Shown here: one piece after another, positions 1-10,289 of the stretch
Layout: each line of letters begins with the position of its first letter
Position numbering within the stretch: position 1 is the first letter of the stretch
Source: Candidatus Methanomethylophilaceae archaeon
GTDB taxonomy: Archaea > Thermoplasmatota > Thermoplasmata > Methanomassiliicoccales > Methanomethylophilaceae
Reading direction: 5' to 3'
Assembly (NCBI GenBank): GCA_944320495.1
Contig: CALUHR010000013.1
Span: forward strand, 448,001-512,000
DNA length: 64,000 bases
Translations under genes and position numbers: made by a program
Notes under the pieces: model-generated
Databases searched by the model: none
Told to the model about the DNA's origin: nothing
What the model saw: only the letters and a program-made list of their open reading frames with translations

Positions 1-40
1 TCTGGGAGGACTTGAGGACGATCCTCCCTCTCTGATTCAT
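1..40 (-). CDS. possible 5' end of a gene running off the window (MNQRGRIVLKSSQ...)
   Basis: ATG at 40 on the minus strand, open to the window edge. Too short to identify. Confidence 0.3.
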   Translation of the reverse strand, partial: MNQRGRIVLKSSQ

Positions 41-184
41 GCTGATGCCATCGCCCTGCCATTGAAATGGATTTTGTTCGGATTATACATCCATCTTCAG
101 CCATGTGACCCATTCGTCGATCCTCTCGGATGCTCGGTCACAATCGTAGGGAGATCGAACGGATGTGCTGGCTATGCGGGCCTT

Positions 185-215
185 ATATTTTTATATTTAA
201 ATAGGCTTAAAAAGC
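185..215 (+). promoter_or_regulatory. AT-rich archaeal promoter region (TATA-like) upstream of the 70-aa gene
   Basis: TATTTTTATATTTAAATAGGCTTAAAAAG in a GC-rich background, about 30-55 nt before the ATG at 243. Confidence 0.55.
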
Positions 216-242
216 TCAGACTAGGGGGGATTTGCCATAGTC

Positions 243-455
243 ATGGAGAAAATCGACATCAAGAAGGCCCAGGCCATCGCCAAGAACAAGGGTCTCAAGC
301 CCGGCAAGGTCAAGGGAACCGACGGGGTCCAGTTCACGAAGGGGAAGAACGAGAGGCTCGACGTCATCACATGGGATGAGTTCGAGGCCATTCTCGCCAA
401 GAGGAGCCTGGCCATCTATGAGTCGGGCGGTTGGATGAAGATAATGAAGGCCTGA
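243..455 (+). CDS. small Lys-rich hypothetical protein (70 aa)
   Basis: Host-like codon usage (AAG, GCC, ATC), upstream promoter and downstream hairpin; TGA stop. Confidence 0.8.
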   Translation: MEKIDIKKAQAIAKNKGLKPGKVKGTDGVQFTKGKNERLDVITWDEFEAILAKRSLAIYESGGWMKIMKA

Positions 456-482
456 ATCACGATTTCATCGCTTCACATTCAG

Positions 483-508
483 ACCTGCCCGGATCCGGAC
501 GGGCAGGT
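483..508 (+). terminator. GC-rich hairpin followed by a pyrimidine/T tract
   Basis: ACCTGCCCG-gatccgga-CGGGCAGGT, then TCACTTCATCTTTTT. Confidence 0.55.
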
Positions 509-559
509 TCACTTCATCTTTTTATACTATGACAATATCCGCGTCTTAAGGCTCTCCGT

Positions 560-647
560 GCAAGGGTATCCGAGCCTGGCCAAAGGAGATAGGTTCAGGG
601 CCTATTCTCGTAGGAGTTCGAGGGTTCAAATCCCTTCCCTTGCACCA
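560..647 (+). tRNA. tRNA-Leu(CAG)
   Basis: GCAAGGG acceptor stem, ATAGG-TTCAGGG-CCTAT anticodon arm, long variable arm, GGTTCAAATCC T-arm, encoded CCA. Confidence 0.95.
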
Positions 648-774
648 ATTTCTGCATCCTGACAGCTCGTCAGAGCGTCACGCCCCCCATCCCCCGATTT
701 CGAAGCATCCGCCCATCTGTCGTCCCATCCCATCGCCGAATAGCTCTCCGGCTACATGTCTGGCACATCGCGTC

Positions 775-1038
775 TCACAGCGAGATGAGGATCCCGACGA
801 CCGTTATGGCCAGCAGTATGCCGGCGACCATCGCCCAGAACATGTCCCTCTCCTTCAGGAGGCAGGCGAGGCTGACGATAATGCCCGCGAACGGGGAGAG
901 TATGAGTACGAGGATGCCCGCGTGGAGGAGGCCGTCCCCCATGCCGAGGAGCTCCGCGGCGATGCCGGCGACCATCAGGACCATCCCGATCATCACGACC
1001 GCACGGAGCATGAGCGCGGTGGACTTGTTCAGCTCCAT
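775..1038 (-). CDS. small membrane protein, DUF1634-like partner of TauE/SafE (87 aa)
   Basis: MELNKSTALMLRAVV..., three hydrophobic segments. Its ATG overlaps the upstream CGA (CGATG); TGA stop. Confidence 0.75.
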   Translation of the reverse strand: MELNKSTALMLRAVVMIGMVLMVAGIAAELLGMGDGLLHAGILVLILSPFAGIIVSLACLLKERDMFWAMVAGILLAITVVGILISL

Positions 1039-1859
1039 CGGAGCACCCCCGCCGCCTGTAGAAGGACGATCGTCGCCATCACGAACACGACGACGGAGAA
1101 GTACTTCCTGAGATGCCTGGCGTTGATCCTGCGCGTCACCACGGTCCCGGCCAGGGACCCTAGGAACGCACCTATCGCGATCCCGGCGGCGAACTCCAGG
1201 AGGACCTGTCCGCCGAGGAAGTAGGTGATCGCTCCGGAGAAGGCGGTGATGCCGATCATGTAGCTGCTGGTGGCGCTGGCCGTCTTCATCGGCACGTGCA
1301 TGTACAGGTTCATCAGTGGGACCTTGACCATCCCGCCGCCGACGCCCGTCATGGAGGATATCATCCCGGCGACGGTGCAGAGTGCCATCCCACCTCTGAC
1401 GTGTTGGAGCTCGTACGAGACGTCCTCCCCGCTCGCCTCGTCCCTGTAAGAGAAGGCGTACCTGCCCCTTGCGTCCTCGGATGGGTGGACTATCGTCTCG
1501 GGGCTCCTGATCATGCGGTATCCGCTGAAGTAGACGATGATGGCGAAGATCACCATGAGGACCCATTCCTCGAGGTACGTCGCGACTATCGCCCCGATTA
1601 TCGCTCCTGTCGCCGTGGTTATCTCGAGAAGGAGGCCCAGGCGCACGTTCGAGAGGCCCTTGTCCACGTAGACCGTGGACGCTCCCACGGATCCGGCTAT
1701 GATGCCTATGAGGCTGATCGCCACCGCCTCCGTCGGCTCCAGACCCATGAGGAGGAGGACGGGCACGAAGATGATGCCTCCACCGAGGCCGAACAGGGCC
1801 CCGAGTATGCCGGCTCCGAGGCCGATGACCATCAGCAGAACCAGCAGCAGCGGATCCAT
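1038..1859 (-). CDS. sulfite exporter TauE/SafE family protein
   Basis: GLGGGIIFVP and GVGGGMVKVP repeats with many TM helices. Ends at CGA 1040-1038 overlapping the next ATG (standard-code stop at 1029). Confidence 0.9.
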
Positions 1860-1933
1860 GCAACCCGCATCGGTGATCCGTTTCTATACCTTACGCGGAA
1901 ACGCTCTTAATCGCACATCCCGTGACAACGCTC

Positions 1934-3250
1934 ATGGGCGTCTCCGAGTCGCTTGACAGGTTCTTCGAGATAAGCGGCAGGGGATCCACCATCTCCACGG
2001 AGGTCAAGGGCGGCGTCCTGATCTTCCTCTCGATGGTGTACATCATCGCCGTAAACACGGGCATGATGGTGGCCGCCGGGATGGACGAGTCGGCCTGCTA
2101 CACCGCGACCATCGTGATGGCCATCATCGGAACTCTCCTGATGGCGCTGTATGCCAAGTTCCCGGTGGCGCAGGCCCCGCTCATGGGCGTCAACGCGTTC
2201 TTCGCCTACACGATAGCGGGGACCATGGGGTTCTCCTGGCAGGAGGCCCTCGTGGCGGTCCTGATCTCGGGAGTGATATTCTTCGTGATCGCGATCACCG
2301 GCGTGAGGAAGCGCGTGCTGGACCAGATTCCCGCGAGCCTCAGGTTCGGGATCACCGCCGGCATCGGATGCTTCATCGTCTTCATCGGTCTGCAGAACGC
2401 CGGTCTGATAGCTGATTCCACCACCCTCGTGGGTCTCGGGGACTTCTCCGACCCCGCGGTCATCCTGGCGTTCTTCTGCATCATCCTCACCCTGTTCCTC
2501 TACGCCATGAGGGTCCCGGGGGCGGTGTTCTTCGGGATGATCGTCACGGCGGTGATCGGTGTGGCGATAGGCATCATCCCGTTGCCCGACGAGCTCGTCT
2601 CCATGCCATCCATGCCGCCGGTGGGCGACTTTATGGACGGGATATCTTCCAAACTCCTGAGCGTCGACTTCCTCGTGGCGGTGATCTCGCTGGCATTCGT
2701 CCAGTTCTTCGACAGCACCGGCACCCTGATGGCGACCGGGGAGAGGGCGGGGATCCTGGACGAGAAAGGCAACGTGAAGTGCGATAGGGCCCTCAATGCG
2801 GATTCGGCCACGTCCGTGATCAGCGGGCTCGTCGGAGCCACCCCCACCGGGTCCTTCGCGGAGTCCACTGTGGGCATCGAGGCGGGAGCAAGGACCGGCC
2901 TGGCGGCACTGACGGTCGCGTGCCTGTTCGCCGTCGCCCTGTTCGTGGGGCCGGCGTTCTCCGTGATCGGATACAGTTGCACGGTCGGAGCGATGGTCAT
3001 CGTCGGCGCCGCCATGATAACCCAGCTCAAGGGAGTGACATGGGACGACTGGCCGACCGCCGTGGCGGTCATGGCGACGGTCATCATCATGATCCTCACC
3101 TACTCGATCACCGACGGCATAGTGTTCGGCATACTGTTCTACTGCGTGTGCATGCTCGGGGCCCGCAGGTGGAGGGAGGTCAGCCCGATCATCTACGGTC
3201 TCGCGGTCCTGTTCGTGCTGTACCTGGTGTTCGTCGTGGGGAGGCTGTGA
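1934..3250 (+). CDS. NCS2 family (xanthine/uracil/guanine) permease
   Basis: Family motifs AQAPLMGVNAFFAY, FFDSTGT and AESTVGIEAGARTGL; TGA stop. Confidence 0.92.
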   Translation: MGVSESLDRFFEISGRGSTISTEVKGGVLIFLSMVYIIAVNTGMMVAAGMDESACYTATIVMAIIGTLLMALYAKFPVAQAPLMGVNAFFAYTIAGTMGFSWQEALVAVLISGVIFFVIAITGVRKRVLDQIPASLRFGITAGIGCFIVFIGLQNAGLIADSTTLVGLGDFSDPAVILAFFCIILTLFLYAMRVPGAVFFGMIVTAVIGVAIGIIPLPDELVSMPSMPPVGDFMDGISSKLLSVDFLVAVISLAFVQFFDSTGTLMATGERAGILDEKGNVKCDRALNADSATSVISGLVGATPTGSFAESTVGIEAGARTGLAALTVACLFAVALFVGPAFSVIGYSCTVGAMVIVGAAMITQLKGVTWDDWPTAVAVMATVIIMILTYSITDGIVFGILFYCVCMLGARRWREVSPIIYGLAVLFVLYLVFVVGRL

Positions 3251-3290
3251 CATCCGTCACTGTTTTATCCGCAGTGCCGATGGTCCGTGC

Positions 3291-4121
3291 GTGTCCGTAA
3301 TACTCGCCAGATACGCGGAGATAGGCCTGAAGAGCGCGCCGGTCAGGCGCCGGTTCGAGAACCAGCTCCGCGAGAACGCCGTCAACATGCTCATGGAGGA
3401 CGGCGTGGAGGCCATCGTCGAGAAGCAGGGAGCCAGGCTCTACGTGGAGGCCGAGGATCCCGAGAGGGCGGTGGCGACCCTGAGGAGGGTGTTCGGCATA
3501 GCCTCCGTCTCCGTCACGGAGACGACCTCGTCCAAGATGGAGGACATCTGCGCACTGGCGGCCTCGTACTCCCTTCCCAGGCTGTCGCAGGGGCAGTCCT
3601 TCGCCGTCCGCGCCCGCAGGGAGGGATCCCAGGGATACACGAGCATGGACGTCGGCCGCGAGGCCGGCTCGGCGATATTCATCGCCAACGAGGACAAGGG
3701 AGTCAGGGTCGACCTCACCGATCCGGACGTGGTCTTCAACGTGGAGGTCAGGGACAACAGGGCCTTCGTGTTCGGCGACGTGGTGAGGTGTCACGGCGGG
3801 TTCCCGGTCGGGAGCCAGGGCAAGGTCCTCGCCAGGATCGATGACGACCGCGGCATCGTGTCCGCCTGGCTCATGATGAAGCGCGGGTGCAGGGTCATAG
3901 CTTCCGGTTCCGCGGACTGGTCCTGCCTCAGGGCGTACGACCCGATGATCCGCGAGGGCACCGAGCACAGGCAGGCCCTGGGCCTGGTCATGGGCACCGC
4001 GCTGGAGGGCCTCGACTCGGTGGACGTGTCGCAGTACGATCTCCCGGTCTATTTCCCGACCATCGGGATGACCGATGCGGAGGTCGCGGAGCTGGCCGAG
4101 ACGATCAGGGCTGGTCTCTGA
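3291..4121 (+). CDS. thiI: THUMP-domain ThiI-like protein with a shortened, degenerate catalytic domain
   Basis: RYAEIGLKS N-terminus, THUMP domain, GGFPVGSQGK and AWLMMKRGC motifs; no SGGxDS PP-loop. Confidence 0.8.
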   Translation: MSVILARYAEIGLKSAPVRRRFENQLRENAVNMLMEDGVEAIVEKQGARLYVEAEDPERAVATLRRVFGIASVSVTETTSSKMEDICALAASYSLPRLSQGQSFAVRARREGSQGYTSMDVGREAGSAIFIANEDKGVRVDLTDPDVVFNVEVRDNRAFVFGDVVRCHGGFPVGSQGKVLARIDDDRGIVSAWLMMKRGCRVIASGSADWSCLRAYDPMIREGTEHRQALGLVMGTALEGLDSVDVSQYDLPVYFPTIGMTDAEVAELAETIRAGL

Positions 4122-4230
4122 TTCTATTCCCTCACACCTCGAACGACTTCGAGAGGCTGCCGGTCCGCGAATCATGTGCGGGTGAAACGGTACCGGATCC
4201 GATATCGGAATTCTATGGGCTGAAAAGGTC

Positions 4231-4248
4231 CCGCCCCCGAAGGGGCGG
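4231..4248 (-). terminator. hairpin terminator downstream of rpl15e
   Basis: Minus strand CCGCCCC-TTCG-GGGGCGG followed by GACCTTTT. Confidence 0.6.
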
Positions 4249-4271
4249 TAAGAGGTTTCAGGAAGTGAATA

Positions 4272-4901
4272 TCACTTGATCCTTCTCTGGTTGGCCCTGA
4301 CGGAAGGCCTGGCCTTCTCGGCACCCTTTCCGGTGTGCCTCATTCCACGGCCCTTCTGGCCTGCGGAGGTCTTACCGCGGTAGACACGGTTGGTGTGCTC
4401 CTTGTCGCAGATCCAGTTGATCTTGGGGTCGGCCTTGATCACGGGGTGCGCGGGGTCCACGAGGATGACCTCGTACCACTCCTGCTGTCCGTCGGCTCCG
4501 ACCCAGTAGGAGTTCAGAACCTCGAGGTTGGGGTAGCGCTTGGCGGTCCTCTCCTCGGCCATCCTCTGGAGGGACTTGCCGACGGTGATCTGGTTGATTC
4601 CCTTCCTCTTGGCCCTGCGTCCGGTGACGATGGCCCTCTTCTGGAAGGAACCCTTCCTGACCCTGGCCCTGACGACGACGTATCCCTGCTTGGCCTTGTA
4701 GCCGAGAGCCCTTGCCCTGTCGAGCCTGGTGGGGCGCTCGATGCGGAGGAAGTTCTCCTCCTTGCGCCACTGGATCCTGCGCTCGTAGTTCAGGGCCTTG
4801 ACGTAGCTCTTCTCGGGGACGTCCCAGGCCTTTCCGATATAGTAGTACATGCTTTTCCCGTTGACCGGGCGTGTCTCCTGCTGCTGAGTCTCTTCGCTCA
4901 T
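4272..4901 (-). CDS. rpl15e: 50S ribosomal protein L15e
   Basis: [34 protein letters not shown] and [11 protein letters not shown] motifs. Start may instead be 4850; TGA stop. Confidence 0.97.
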   Translation of the reverse strand: MSEETQQQETRPVNGKSMYYYIGKAWDVPEKSYVKALNYERRIQWRKEENFLRIERPTRLDRARALGYKAKQGYVVVRARVRKGSFQKRAIVTGRRAKRKGINQITVGKSLQRMAEERTAKRYPNLEVLNSYWVGADGQQEWYEVILVDPAHPVIKADPKINWICDKEHTNRVYRGKTSAGQKGRGMRHTGKGAEKARPSVRANQRRIK

Positions 4902-5019
4902 TGGAATCACCTTTACGGATTCACCGATGGACGGCACATCTCCGTTCGCGCGGCTAAGCGCCGCACTACGGTGGCGAGGGTCATCCGCTATAAATAGTCT
5001 GTTTCCCGGGCAGGATGTC

Positions 5020-6576
5020 TCGGTCCGAGTAGCTCCTCCTCATGGATGATGACGGGACTGGGATGCCCAGAGATTCGAAGATGACCTTCTGGTCATACGT
5101 CGGAGGATTGACGCGGTACTCGTCGTTCACTCTGAACGCTTTGATGTCGGAAGCCGCGGAGATGACGTCGAGATAGTTTATGCGACCGGCCAGTTCCGAC
5201 CCTTCCACCATGCCTATGAGGGCCGATTTCATTATGGATGCGAAGAAGTCCCCCATCATCGAAGCCAATGCCGTCTCGTTCGACGGAAACAGGGACGCCC
5301 CGCCCTGAAGGTCCGTCCTGAAGATGGTCCAGTCCTGCTGATAACGGCCTGATTTCCAGATGATCCCAAGCATCTCCTCGATGGAGTACCTGGAGTTTGA
5401 CACTATGACGGTTGCGCCGAGGCACAGTTCCTCCGACAATATGGCTTCCGCGTTACGTTCGACGTCTATGCCTCCGTCCGGGCCTCTGTTCAGCGTGAAG
5501 AACCGCATCAGATCGTCGAATCCGTAGTCTGCGATGATGCGGTCCTCGATCGATGGGCTCCATCTCATGCGCGATACGGTGTCCTCGAACTGTCTTAGAT
5601 TGGAATAGAACTCGACGGTGCGCTCGTCATGCGCTCTCATGTCAACGACCAGGTACACGTCGCAGCGGTTCAGTCCGAACGTCCTCTCCAGACGGAGAAT
5701 CTTGTACAGGGACCTGTCATAAACGACCGAGTCGTATCTCACGATGTCGCGGTTCTCCAGCAGCAGTTCCCTGGCGATGGGGGACGAGGAACCGACATCC
5801 ACGATGGTACTGTAGTCGGTCCCCAGGTAGTGTTCGATCTCGGACTCCGTGTATTCCCTTTCGCTCATGCAGAACGTGACGTCATTCACACCCATCCGGT
5901 CCAGATCCGCCGAGATGGCCTTCATCGTGCTGCGGTCTGCGCCGGAGTAGTTCGCCATGCGGAAGTAGAATGGCAATCCGGATTCGATGCTCAGTCCGAG
6001 GAACAGGCTCTTCGACGGAAAGTGGTCGAAGGATGCATGGCTGCTCGTGCCGAACAGCTTGTAGATGCTGATGGGCTCCTTGAGGACGTCTATGTCGTAC
6101 ACGATGGCAGATTTGCCCTTCGCAAACCTGGCGAAGAATTCGTGACGGTGGCGGTATACGGTGATCAGCAGGTTCATGTATCCGTGGAGGGACATCGGCG
6201 CAGAGTCCAGGGGCATGTCGAAGAACTCCGGCAGTATCGAGGACCTGATGTTCTGCGTGGACTGCGTCGGGGGACAGCAGCGGATCGCCCTACTGACGCA
6301 GTGGGAGAAGAGGTATTTCGAACAGTCCGTGCCGTACACATCGCACAATGCATCCCAGAGGCCGCAGCGTCTGCAGACGTTGAACATGAGATAGTACTCG
6401 CCCATGTCCTTGCTGTCGACGTCCACCGATTTGGACGATACGAGGTTGCCGTCCTTGTCGCATTTGCCGATGTACTTCCTCTTCTGTCTGGAGCGCTTCT
6501 TCTCAGGGTCCCACTCGGCCGTCACCTCATAGAGGTAGTAGTTGTCGCGAACCTTCTGGACCACGTTATAAGACAT
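5020..6576 (-). CDS. IS1634/IS4-like transposase homolog with a degenerate DDE triad
   Basis: N-terminal [25 protein letters not shown] typical of IS1634-type proteins and a GLPFYFRM segment. Ends at CGA 5022-5020, which clears the rpl15e TATA-like element near 4990 (standard stop at 4981). Confidence 0.7.
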
Positions 6577-6737
6577 GGTAACTATGATTGTAATAACTCG
6601 TTATTAACATCACACATCATTCATCAAAGCTAGAATATTTCGATTATGGGCATATGTTGATAACCATGTTATCTCGACGTGGGTCTTTACCTTTGGTTCG
6701 ACATGTTGTCCGTTCAACCTCTTGAGGAGGAGACGAC

Positions 6738-8552
6738 ATGGAACAGGTACTCAACGATGTCAAGGAATGCATCACGAAATACCGCTTCAGGGACATAGTC
6801 CCCAAGGTGAACGCTGCCCTCGATGCCGGATTCACGGCAGGACAGATCCTGGACCAGGGCATGGTCGCAGGAATGAACGAGATCGGAGAGGGCTTCAAGA
6901 ACAACACGATCTTCATGCCCCAGATGCTCATGGCCGCCAAGACCATGCAGGCAGGGCTGGAGGTTCTCAGGCCCAAGCTTGCCGAGTCTGACGACTCCGG
7001 CGTCAAGGGCAGGGCGATCGTCGGATCCGTCATGGGGGACGTTCATGACATCGGGAAGAACCTGGTCACCGTCATGTTGCAGGGTGTCGGAATGGACGTC
7101 ATCGATCTCGGTGCCGATGTCCCCCCGGAGGACTTCGTGTCGAAGCTCGACGAGAACCCCGACACGCGGATCGTCGCGTGCTCCTCGTCCATGACCCCCA
7201 CCCGTCAGGCCCTCAAGGACACCGCTGACAGGCTCAATGCCAGGGCCGACAGATCTGGTTTCGCCATTTTCGTGGGAGGGGCCACCATGGATCAGATGTT
7301 CAGCGACGAGATAAAGGCCGACATCTACACAGTCGATGCGGCAACTGCCGCCGACAGGGCGAAGGCGCTCCTCAGCGGATGTCCCATCGCGAAGCTCTCC
7401 GAGGAATCCAGGAGGGCGGCACTGGATTCGATGAGGGAGGTCGAGAGGGACATCGAGGCGGAGGAGGCGGTTGAGGTCCGCCACCGTCACATGGAGCCCC
7501 CTGCGATCAGGGCCCTCAGGGACTCCGGCAGGTACGACAGGTCCAAGATGTCCATCTGGGAGAACCTCCAGGAGTGGCTCAAGCACGACGAGGGTGTCCC
7601 GGACGCGTTCCTGAACCAGTACTTCTTCGATGTGCTCTTCGATCCCGTCATGATGAACTCGAGGAACCTCAAGGATGAGCTCCTCGAGCCCCTGCCCAGG
7701 TACGTGGACGCATGGGGCGTGACGCACCTCAACCCCGAAGGGTCCGCAGGGTCCCATCCCGAGGAGACTCCCGAGACCATCGTCATCAAGGACATCACAA
7801 AGTGGAGGGAGTATGTCCACGAGCAGCCCGCCACCGAGTTCCCTGATGAGGCCTGGGCGTTGGCGGATCAGCAGGCGGCGGCAGCACGCGAGGCAGGAAG
7901 GCCGATCGCCATCCCGATGTTCCCCGGACTGTTCGAGAGGACCCACTTCCTCCTCGGGATGAACGCGGCGCTCACCGCGTACTACGAGCACCCCGACGAG
8001 ATGCACGAGCTCATCGATTGGATCGCGGACTGGGAGTGCAGGTCCCTGGATGCCACCATGGGACGCTACCACGCCGAGATCCTCTTCCACCACGATGACT
8101 GGGGAACGGCCATCAACTCGTTCCTGGACCCAGACACCCACAGGGAGTTCTTCCTCAAGCCATACAAGAGGATCTTCGACCATTTCAGGGAGCTCGGCGG
8201 AAAGGTCGTGATCCACCACTCCGACAGCTACGCCGCCAATCTGGTGCCGATACAGATCGACATGGGCGCTGACATCTGGCAGGGTCCGGTCAGTGCCAAC
8301 AACATCCCGGAGCTGATCGACAAGTACGGAGACCGCTTCATCTTCATGGGCGGGATCGACAACGCCATCATCGATGCCCCCGGATTCACCGATGAGGGCG
8401 TCGAGGAGTTCGTCAGGCAGAGGATCGAGCAGAACGGATGTCACAGCTACATCCCCTGCCTCACCAGGGGCCTGGGGATCTCCATCGTCCCCGGCGTGTA
8501 CGACTCGGTCTCCAAGGCGATAGACAAGATCTCCGCCGAGAAGTTCGATTGA
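6738..8552 (+). CDS. cobalamin-binding corrinoid protein fused to a uroporphyrinogen-decarboxylase-fold (MtaA/MtbA-like) methyltransferase
   Basis: B12-binding GDVHDIGKNLV and DLGADV motifs. The C-terminal half has URO-D-fold motifs DAWGV, HDDWG, HHSDS and FMGGID; TGA stop. Confidence 0.88.
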   Translation: MEQVLNDVKECITKYRFRDIVPKVNAALDAGFTAGQILDQGMVAGMNEIGEGFKNNTIFMPQMLMAAKTMQAGLEVLRPKLAESDDSGVKGRAIVGSVMGDVHDIGKNLVTVMLQGVGMDVIDLGADVPPEDFVSKLDENPDTRIVACSSSMTPTRQALKDTADRLNARADRSGFAIFVGGATMDQMFSDEIKADIYTVDAATAADRAKALLSGCPIAKLSEESRRAALDSMREVERDIEAEEAVEVRHRHMEPPAIRALRDSGRYDRSKMSIWENLQEWLKHDEGVPDAFLNQYFFDVLFDPVMMNSRNLKDELLEPLPRYVDAWGVTHLNPEGSAGSHPEETPETIVIKDITKWREYVHEQPATEFPDEAWALADQQAAAAREAGRPIAIPMFPGLFERTHFLLGMNAALTAYYEHPDEMHELIDWIADWECRSLDATMGRYHAEILFHHDDWGTAINSFLDPDTHREFFLKPYKRIFDHFRELGGKVVIHHSDSYAANLVPIQIDMGADIWQGPVSANNIPELIDKYGDRFIFMGGIDNAIIDAPGFTDEGVEEFVRQRIEQNGCHSYIPCLTRGLGISIVPGVYDSVSKAIDKISAEKFD

Positions 8553-8553
8553 G

Positions 8554-9717
8554 GTGGAAACCGTGGGCGCGTACTCCGACGGGATGGGGAAGCCGGGTCT
8601 GGCGGCCGTGATGACCCTGTACTTCTTCAGTCTGGGGTTCTGCATAGTGACCCCTGCGATGGCGAAGTTTGCCGAGGCCTTCCCGTCCCAGGAGTACGCG
8701 CTCATAAACTCCCTTCCGACGATCTTCATAGCGGCTGCAGGGATAGCCTTCGGATTCGTGGCCGGCAGAAAGGTCGGATACAGGACGATGGCCGTCGCAG
8801 GTTCAGCTCTGTGCCTGGTCGCCGGCATAGCTCCCGCGTTCATCGACGATTTCGGGCTCATCCTCGTATGCCGCTCCATCGTCGGCATCGGGGTCGGGCT
8901 GCTCATACCGATGGCGAACGCCCTGGTCAACGGCTCCTTCGAGGGGGATGCCAGGGCAAGGTTGCTGTCTGCAGGCAGCCTGATGCTCAACCTGGGCGGC
9001 ATAGTCCTGCAGTCCGTCGGAGGGTTCCTGGCAGACGTCGGATGGCAGACGACGTTCTACGGCTACCTCCTATTCATCGTGGCGCTGGTGATGTCGTTCA
9101 TGATCCCCGATGTCCGCAGCGACGGACCCATGGGGTGGAGGTGCCTGGACCGCCGGATGGCCGTCGTGGTGGCCCTCTTCATGGTTTACGGCATCCTCCA
9201 GTTCTCGGTCATGCAAAACACCTCCGAGCTGTTCGAGCTCCGTGGCGCGGGAGGCGCATCCGCATCAGGCCTGGCACTGTCGGTTTTCACCGCTCTGGGG
9301 TGCGTCGGCGGGATGCTGTATTCACGCATAAGGTCGGTCTCAACCCGTGCGGTGTTTCCCCTGCTGTGGGCGGCAACGGCGGTGGGCGCGCTGATACAGG
9401 CGGTCTCCGAGAGCGGAGCGCTGATGACCGCAGGGCTGGCGGTGTTCGGATTCGGCTTCGGAATGATCATCCCCGCCTTCGTCGATTGGGCAGGGGTCAT
9501 GAGCAAGCCGTCCACCGTCGCATTCGCCACGGCCCTGACGACATCCGGGCTCTACACGGGCAGCTTCCTCTCCCTGGTGTGGAGCGGGGTCGGCGATTCG
9601 CTGTTCGGGGAGCACCTGGTGTCGAATCTGTGGGCGGCGGTCGCTGTCGGTGCACTGCTGGCGGTCGTGTTCCTCCTCTATGACCCCCTGAGGTCCAGCT
9701 CCGATGGGAGGAGCCGA
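8554..9717 (+). CDS. MFS transporter
   Basis: About 12 TM helices and RSIVGIGVG motif. Ends at CGA 9715-9717, 4 nt before the next ATG (standard stop at 9810 overlaps the next gene). Confidence 0.88.
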
Positions 9718-9721
9718 GCGG

Positions 9722-10282
9722 ATGGACGCCGTCGAAGCAGCCGTGCGTTCGGTGCCAGGTCCGAACGTCACGTACGTGGGGTCGTTCGATCTGGCGGAGC
9801 ACCCGGTTAGGATAACGGAGGAGGTCCGCCGTGCCTGCGAAGCCAACTACTGCGGGCACTATGGGAGGAATCGGGCATGTCCTCCTCACGCACCGCCGTG
9901 CCAGACGTGCGCAGCGATGCTCTCGCGTTACATCAAGGTGATATTGATCAGGACGACGTTTGCACGCGACGGACCGTTCGACCTCGAAGGGATGGAGAGG
10001 GCGTCAGAGGCGCACGCGGGCTACTCCTTCGATGTTCGTAGGATGCTCCGGGGCATCGACGGGCTGGAATTCACGATGCTTGGGGCCGGTCCTTGCACCC
10101 ATTGCTCGGGACGCCCCTGTCCGGAGGATGGGTGCAGGTCGCCTCCCGATCGCATGTTCTCGATAGAGGCGTACGGCATCGATCTGACATCGTTCCTCGT
10201 CTCCAACGGCATTGACCGCAGGGGAGGAGACAGGGAGCAGTCGTACTTCTCGATGGTCTTCTACAACCCTCTGGAGCATCGA
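9722..10282 (+). CDS. DUF2284-like Cys-rich metal-binding protein
   Basis: CEANYCGHYGRNRACPP, GAGPCTHC and FSIEAYGIDL motifs; GGAGG RBS. Ends at CGA 10280-10282, just before the convergent stop at 10290. Confidence 0.8.
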
Positions 10283-10289
10283 CGGAGCA

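Noticed and set aside
4981-6737. An active insertion sequence
   Set aside because: I found no terminal inverted repeats or target duplication, and the catalytic motifs look degenerate. It is listed as a CDS, not a mobile element.
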